From: Deltaproteobacteria bacterium
GTDB taxonomy: Bacteria; Desulfobacterota; Desulfobacteria; Desulfobacterales; C00003060
Length of the DNA: 64,000 bases
Direction: 5' to 3'
NCBI GenBank assembly: GCA_019307135.1
Contig: JAFDKF010000004.1
Location: forward strand, 2,591 to 66,590
The position numbers and the translations under genes are program-made. This document shows positions 58,901 to 64,000 of the stretch, piece after piece. Positions within the stretch are counted from its first letter, which is position 1, and each line of letters starts with the position of its first letter. The notes below the pieces were generated by a model. It made no database searches. It was not told where the DNA came from and saw nothing but the letters and a program-made list of their open reading frames with translations.

Positions 58901-61429
58901 TTAGGTGAATTCACCTGCTGCGCTATCGACATGCTCAAATTCCAGTTCAAGACTACCCAAGCTTTCAATCATCGGCAATAGGATAGGGGCTATTGCTTTT
59001 GTGAAATCCTCAACTTTTTCTTCAATGTTTGCTTTTCCTTCTTCGTCCATGTCACCTTCATACTCCTGTTTCTTCCGTGATTTTTCACTTTCTAAGTCAT
59101 CGTGTACAAGGGCGATCCCGACCAACACCATGCCGAAAAGGAAACAAGCTTCGAGCACATCATGATCTCGCTTTGGGTTTTTTTGTTCATTTTTTAGGTA
59201 CACGTTATCCATATTGATGTAGAAATCATAGATCGCCTTACCGTTATCGCTCTCCTCGTCAGATTCCCCTGAGTGGACGATACGAAGAGCAGTAAATTTG
59301 TCAAAGGGCGGGCCCATATCCTCCCAACCTTTTTGCCCCTCCTTTGGATGCTCGTATACCTTTGTCGGTCGTGGAGGTTGGATCATACCTGGTACTTCGC
59401 GGTCAGCCCCATCTTTCTTGCCTGCTGGTTCCCTTTTCTTGGATTTGCCGCCCTTTCTCTTCCCTGCTTCCTCTAATACGGTTATGCGAAAACGATTTGC
59501 GAAAGGTTCGATTAATGTGCGATCATTAACAATTGCCTCAAAATCTAAGACATCGCCTACCTTGCATGAGTCAGGCAGTGTAAGGTTCAGAGTGGCGATT
59601 CCATTTTCCATATTGCAATTGAACCGTTCGTGTACCCACTTGCTATTCTCGTCTATGCAGTACAAGGAAAACTCCCCTGTGTCGATTTCTCGGGTAAAAT
59701 AATCGTTTACCACGTCCGTTTCGAAGGTAATTCGAGCCCGCACATTTATATGGCAATTCCGTGAAAGGACATACCCGTACTCTTTTCCCTTGAACTTGAA
59801 GTAAGTCGGATGTTTTTCACCTTCAAACGGGCGTTCCTCCTGTTCTACCTCTTTAATCTTAAACGGAGTGCTGATTCTTGTTCCCTCTAAGAACAGTCTC
59901 GTAAGAGTTGGAGACTTCTTCAGTATCGATTTCAGCACATCTTCCAAGGGTTTGGACTCTTCGATTCTTAAATCCCTTTGTTCCTGTTGTCTTCTTTGTC
60001 GGAGATCTCTTAACAACTTATTTTCCTTGAGTATTGTCTCAAGTTCTCTTTCAATTGCTCTCGTAAGTTCTCCTCCGCTTAGGCGGTCTCGACTGTTCAT
60101 GAAAAGATCTTCTCTAGCTCTTCCACTGAGATCACTACAATCCACAACAACCAACAGAGAATCCCTCAAGTAACTGCACCCAGTTGCCTTTCGTCTAAAA
60201 AAGTCCGTAGTGAAATGTCCATGTGTTTGTCCATTTACGGTAAAAATGATGCCTTCATTTTTGCGATAAGTATCTGCCTTACCTTTCTTGAAAGCGTAGA
60301 TATTCGCGGTCATTTTTTCTCCCATCACAGTCAATGGGCATGAGGTCGGGAAGCTTTCCTCGATGTTGGCCCGCTTGATATCGCGACTATCATCACCAAG
60401 CCTAATATTTAAGCCGAGTACGTTGGTATCGTGACTGCCAGCATGTCCTGTATAGCCTCTGCACTCATGAAATCGCATGGGCAAGGCTGACAACGGTAAC
60501 AACAAATCTACACGAGACAACAGACCATCTGCTCTCAGAATATGACTTCTGTTCTGGATTTCATATTCGTACAGCTTTATCAAAGTACCCCATTCCGACT
60601 CGACCTCGTATGGTTTGTCGCCCTTCGGGAATATGGGCATTGAATCTGCTTTGAAGTTTAGAACATCTCCTCTGCCAGGCCGATCAGATATTCCCAATGG
60701 TGATAGGTACGTATAAACTGAACTTCGCCGTCCTCCCGTCGGGTCCTCTCGGCGGACTACAGTAAGACCCCAATTTGGGTCAGAAGAATGGGTTACAGAT
60801 CCATTGAGAATCTTGGGGTTCCGACGGGTCACAACCAACTGCAGCTTATGGTGCCCGCAGAATCTAAGCACTCCTGTCCCCCCCATGTTGAACTTACCTT
60901 GTACAAAAGGTATACGAAGCTTTATATCCTTATTAAGGGACATGAGTGTTTCAGGCAATTGCATGGGTGTCTGACCTTCGCCACAATCTGATATCGTGAA
61001 ACAGGGGTTTCCTGGTGGTTTGGCACCAGTGGCAGCAAGCGCAATCTGTCTGGCTATCCTGCCACGCTTGGTTTTATCCCATTCTGAAACCAAACCTGCA
61101 GTCGGGCTTGTTGGGTGCTCTTCAAAGAACTTAGCAACCGCCTCTCGAATACTCTGAGGCGCAGCATCACTTGTGGGGTCAATACCGCGGGCAAGGCATT
61201 CATTCATCAGCCTGGCATCTATAGAATTAACGAGTTTTTCAACCAATGCGGCATCTGGACGACGCATTTGATTTCCGACTACATTATAGTTGTTTTCATA
61301 ATCACCATAATACCGCCAGGCTGGAGGATTGTCCCAGTATCCCGCGTCCTTCAATAGTGTGATGACTTGGTCTTCTATATCGGCTCTGATAAGGTTCAAG
61401 CAAAGGTGTTCTAAGGTAGAATTGTCCAT
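58901..61429 (-). CDS. Large GHKL (HATPase/MORC-like) ATPase-domain protein, 842 aa
   Basis: ALVEKLVNSIDA (N box), ISDCGEG (G1), QGKFNMGG (G2), GTLIKL; VNGQTH S5-like region; GAGGGGG RBS before ATG 61429. Confidence 0.7.
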   Translation of the reverse strand: MDNSTLEHLCLNLIRADIEDQVITLLKDAGYWDNPPAWRYYGDYENNYNVVGNQMRRPDAALVEKLVNSIDARLMNECLARGIDPTSDAAPQSIREAVAKFFEEHPTSPTAGLVSEWDKTKRGRIARQIALAATGAKPPGNPCFTISDCGEGQTPMQLPETLMSLNKDIKLRIPFVQGKFNMGGTGVLRFCGHHKLQLVVTRRNPKILNGSVTHSSDPNWGLTVVRREDPTGGRRSSVYTYLSPLGISDRPGRGDVLNFKADSMPIFPKGDKPYEVESEWGTLIKLYEYEIQNRSHILRADGLLSRVDLLLPLSALPMRFHECRGYTGHAGSHDTNVLGLNIRLGDDSRDIKRANIEESFPTSCPLTVMGEKMTANIYAFKKGKADTYRKNEGIIFTVNGQTHGHFTTDFFRRKATGCSYLRDSLLVVVDCSDLSGRAREDLFMNSRDRLSGGELTRAIERELETILKENKLLRDLRQRRQQEQRDLRIEESKPLEDVLKSILKKSPTLTRLFLEGTRISTPFKIKEVEQEERPFEGEKHPTYFKFKGKEYGYVLSRNCHINVRARITFETDVVNDYFTREIDTGEFSLYCIDENSKWVHERFNCNMENGIATLNLTLPDSCKVGDVLDFEAIVNDRTLIEPFANRFRITVLEEAGKRKGGKSKKREPAGKKDGADREVPGMIQPPRPTKVYEHPKEGQKGWEDMGPPFDKFTALRIVHSGESDEESDNGKAIYDFYINMDNVYLKNEQKNPKRDHDVLEACFLFGMVLVGIALVHDDLESEKSRKKQEYEGDMDEEGKANIEEKVEDFTKAIAPILLPMIESLGSLELEFEHVDSAAGEFT

Positions 61430-61452
61430 GAAGCCCCCTCTTTGGTTTAGGT

Positions 61453-61695
61453 TCACTCCAATTTGAACGCTCTCGTGTTTCCCTTGCCATCGAATAATAT
61501 CCTAATCTCTTTACACTTTTTTTCGATCTCACGGAATATTCTTTTCACATCGGCGTCTGTATATTCATAGTTTCTTCTATTAGAACATTTCCCAAGGCTG
61601 TCTAGATTATTCAGAATAGTGTTGACTCTGCGTTCTACAATCCTCACAAATCTTTCTCTATTTGCTTCTTTGTTTGGTGATGTCCCTTCCATCAT
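61453..61695 (-). CDS. Small helical hypothetical protein, possible regulator
   Basis: GAGGAGG RBS; RERFVRIVERRVN..L..LGKCSNRRNYEYT..DV..IF. Confidence 0.8.
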   Translation of the reverse strand: MMEGTSPNKEANRERFVRIVERRVNTILNNLDSLGKCSNRRNYEYTDADVKRIFREIEKKCKEIRILFDGKGNTRAFKLE

Positions 61696-61726
61696 TGTGA
61701 CCTCCTCTTTGTTGGACCTGAATGTG

Positions 61727-61755
61727 ACTATATAGACATAAATATAGAATGTCAA
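61727..61755 (-). promoter_or_regulatory. Sigma-70 promoter with overlapping near-palindrome
   Basis: Minus strand TTGACA-N17-TATAGT; ATGTGACTATATAGACAT (61722-61739) overlaps the -10. Confidence 0.7.
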
Positions 61756-61939
61756 GGAAAATGTTTTTGGGCTACAAAATAGTTCCGTATTATGGATATA
61801 GGTGAGAAATGTAGCACCTAATATAGTGGATTGAGGGGCCTGCCGAGAATACCAGAACAGGTTCTATCTGACTGATCATGGGTTCCCGCTTATTTCTGGT
61901 TCGTGGGAGGATGGGCGGGATGCATTCATGCGTTTGTTT

Positions 61940-62051
61940 CGACGTCAAGAAGCAGATCCTTGTCTGACGCCAGCCTCTGTCCCCTTTCCTTCGCTGGCCA
62001 GATGATGTGATGTAGCGCCCCGGGTCCGTCGATACGAGCTCTTCGCGCCAT
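61940..62051 (-). pseudogene. 5' remnant of a REP-associated tyrosine (Y1/RAYT) transposase
   Basis: Hand translation MARRARIDGPGALHHII..., matching the RAYT N-terminal pattern MxRxxRIxxPGAxxHI; degenerates afterwards. Confidence 0.6.
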
Positions 62052-62243
62052 ATTCGAGCCTTATTCATATTACCCTACCAACAGCAACGCATAAATACAT
62101 GAGCTTCCCCTTTTGACACGCCTGTTTGGTCTTAAACAGGAGCCGCTTTTCGCTTGACAAGCCCAATATATTGTGTTTTATGTTAATACATACCACAATA
62201 TAGGCCACTTTGAAAACTTCATTGATAATAGAAGGAGGCCACC

Positions 62244-62510
62244 ATGCCACGGAAAGAAAAGGTCACAAGGGTCATTGACGGGGACACCTTCGAGACCAAC
62301 AGCAGGAAGAACCCCATCAGGCTGGCAGGCTACGACGCCCCTGAGAAGGGCAAGAGGGGTGCGGCCCAGGCGAGGAAGGATTTGTCAGCCATGATTCTTG
62401 GCCAGGAGATCGCGGTCGAGAAGGTCGCCATAGACAAGTACAAGCGTACCGTCGCCAGGGTCAAGCTTGGTAGGCGCTCTGTCAATAAGGCGATGAAAGA
62501 GAAGCTTTAG
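62244..62510 (+). CDS. Minimal thermonuclease (SNase) family protein, no signal peptide
   Basis: AGGAGG RBS; VIDGDTF, IRLAGYDAPE, DKYKRTVA. Confidence 0.88.
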   Translation: MPRKEKVTRVIDGDTFETNSRKNPIRLAGYDAPEKGKRGAAQARKDLSAMILGQEIAVEKVAIDKYKRTVARVKLGRRSVNKAMKEKL

Positions 62511-62626
62511 AGGGTAACTTTTTCTATTTACAAGCTTCCACCCTGCCCTTATAGTGCCTGGAGAAATCCCTTCGTCTTCTCCCTGGGGCCCCTTCCCCGC
62601 GTGTTCACAGCATCAGGAAAGATCCA

Positions 62627-64000
62627 ATGCGTGTACCAATTCAAACAGGATTCAACTTTCGCGCCAGCCAACTTGAAAGCCAGAGGAGATTCCTATCGAC
62701 AAGACCTTCCCTGAAGACGCAGCAAACGAGCTCGCAACCCTTGAATCATATAACAAGCATCTGTATCGGCCCAATACCTACTTGCACAAATGGTGGGCAC
62801 GTCGTTCCGGTACTACGTTTCGTCATATCCTTAAGCAACTTGTAGATGATTCGGGCAAACGGAATTTTTACGAAGCAGGGGGCTTAGAGGGCAAAATCAT
62901 TCTGGACCCGATGATAGGTGGTGGCACGACCCTTCATGAAGCAATCCGGATGGGAGCAAACGTTATAGGCATGGACATCGATCCGATTCCTGTTCTTCAA
63001 ACAAAAGCTGGTTTCACTCTATCGCCTTTGCGCCACAAGAAGCTTATCTTCGATAAGTTTCTCAATGCATTAAGAAGCAAACTTGCTCCCTTCTATAGAA
63101 CCACCTGCCCGACTTGTGAGAACAACGCAGAAACTCAATTCGTATTGTATGGATTGCGTAGAAAATGTTCCTGCAGGGAAGTACTCTTTGTTGACGATTC
63201 TCTTTTGCGGCAGGGTAATGACCATGACGTATACATCTGTCATAGATGCCAAGACGTATTCACTGCTACGAAACATAAGTGCCGAAACAGGGTGGACAAA
63301 CCCTTAATGGTAAAAGGCACCAAACGTTGCGAAGAGTGCCATACACCATTTACCGATATTCTGAATGATCCGTTTTCAGAGCGCTACGTTCCTCTGGTCA
63401 TTGTTGGAATTTGTCGCAAACATGGGGGCTTTTTCAAATCAATAGCTCAAAATGATCTGGAGCTTCTGGCCCAGGCCCGCGTTTTGGCTCAACAACTCAA
63501 CTTTAGAGACCTTCAGGATTTTCGTGTTCCCAACGGACCGAAATCTGATGATCTCCTTCGACGAGGCATCAGCACCTTCCAAGAGTTGTTCACGCCGCGC
63601 CAGTTGCTTTATCTAAGCACTTCACTGGAGTTTTTATCACAGCTATCCGATGAAGACCGATTGTGGATGGCGCTGTTGATCTCCACCTCCTTGGAGTTTA
63701 ATTCGCTTCTCTGCGGCTATAAGGGTCGTGACATTCGTCGTCCCGGCGCTATCCGTCACGTGTTTTCTCACCACGCTTATTCATTTCCTTACACGGCATT
63801 GGAAAACAATATGGTATTTTCTGGCAATACATCGGGGACACTGAACCGGCTTTTCAACGACCGTATCATAAGAGCGGGGGAGTGGGCCGTTCAGCCAATT
63901 GAGACCCGCATCGTAGGTGACCGGCGTGTAAAAGTTCCCATTATTGGCGAGATTGATGGGGGAAAACCAGTATCCAACTGGAAGGCTCTGACCGCAGGAG
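62627..64000 (+). CDS. DUF1156/COG1743-type Zn-ribbon adenine MTase, partial (runs off window); 5' frameshift near 62676
   Basis: Frame open 62677-64000 (not in ORF track): LHKWWARR, ILDPMIGGGTT, GMDID, CPTC/CHRC/CEEC, LFTPRQL; upstream ATG 62627 is in another frame. Confidence 0.82.

Overview
Bacterial chromosomal window, most likely from a Desulfobacterota/deltaproteobacterial genome. This is inferred from gene content and order (glyQ-glyS, recO, mgtE, asnS, surA-like PPIases, mfd, EF-G paralog, class V FBP aldolase/phosphatase) and from the repeat style; it was not checked by search. Two intact housekeeping blocks (1-16.2 kb and 32.5-47.3 kb) alternate with two decaying defence/TA patchworks. 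Island 1 (16.6-32.3 kb) has three copies of a Gp37/Gp68 (DUF5131) 3' end, each followed by a different toxin-antitoxin cassette. It also holds an attC-like site behind an AbiTii-like gene, a MITE-bracketed AlbA_2/ATPase gene, and a Type III R-M system with a frameshifted Mod and a ~0.9 kb direct duplication around Res. Island 2 (47.5-64 kb) has VapBC, five more DNA methyltransferase genes or remnants, a IIG-like MTase coupled to a small PD-(D/E)xK protein, a CobB sirtuin, and a small-protein + 842-aa GHKL ATPase operon facing an m4C MTase. Intergenic DNA is full of 7-9-mer tandem repeats, REP/REPIN-like hairpins, MITEs and self-nesting GC-rich micro-elements; palindromes often sit at gene-truncation junctions, and a RAYT transposase remnant is present. 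Best candidates for undescribed systems: the DUF5131-anchored TA cassette array, the small protein/GHKL/MTase module, the IIG-like MTase + nuclease pair, the ParB + SplB-like radical SAM + nuclease cluster, and a T2SSE_N-MinD/FlhG fusion in a possible sigma-54 unit. No rRNA, tRNA or CRISPR array was seen. All family calls come from motif recognition by eye, not database searches.
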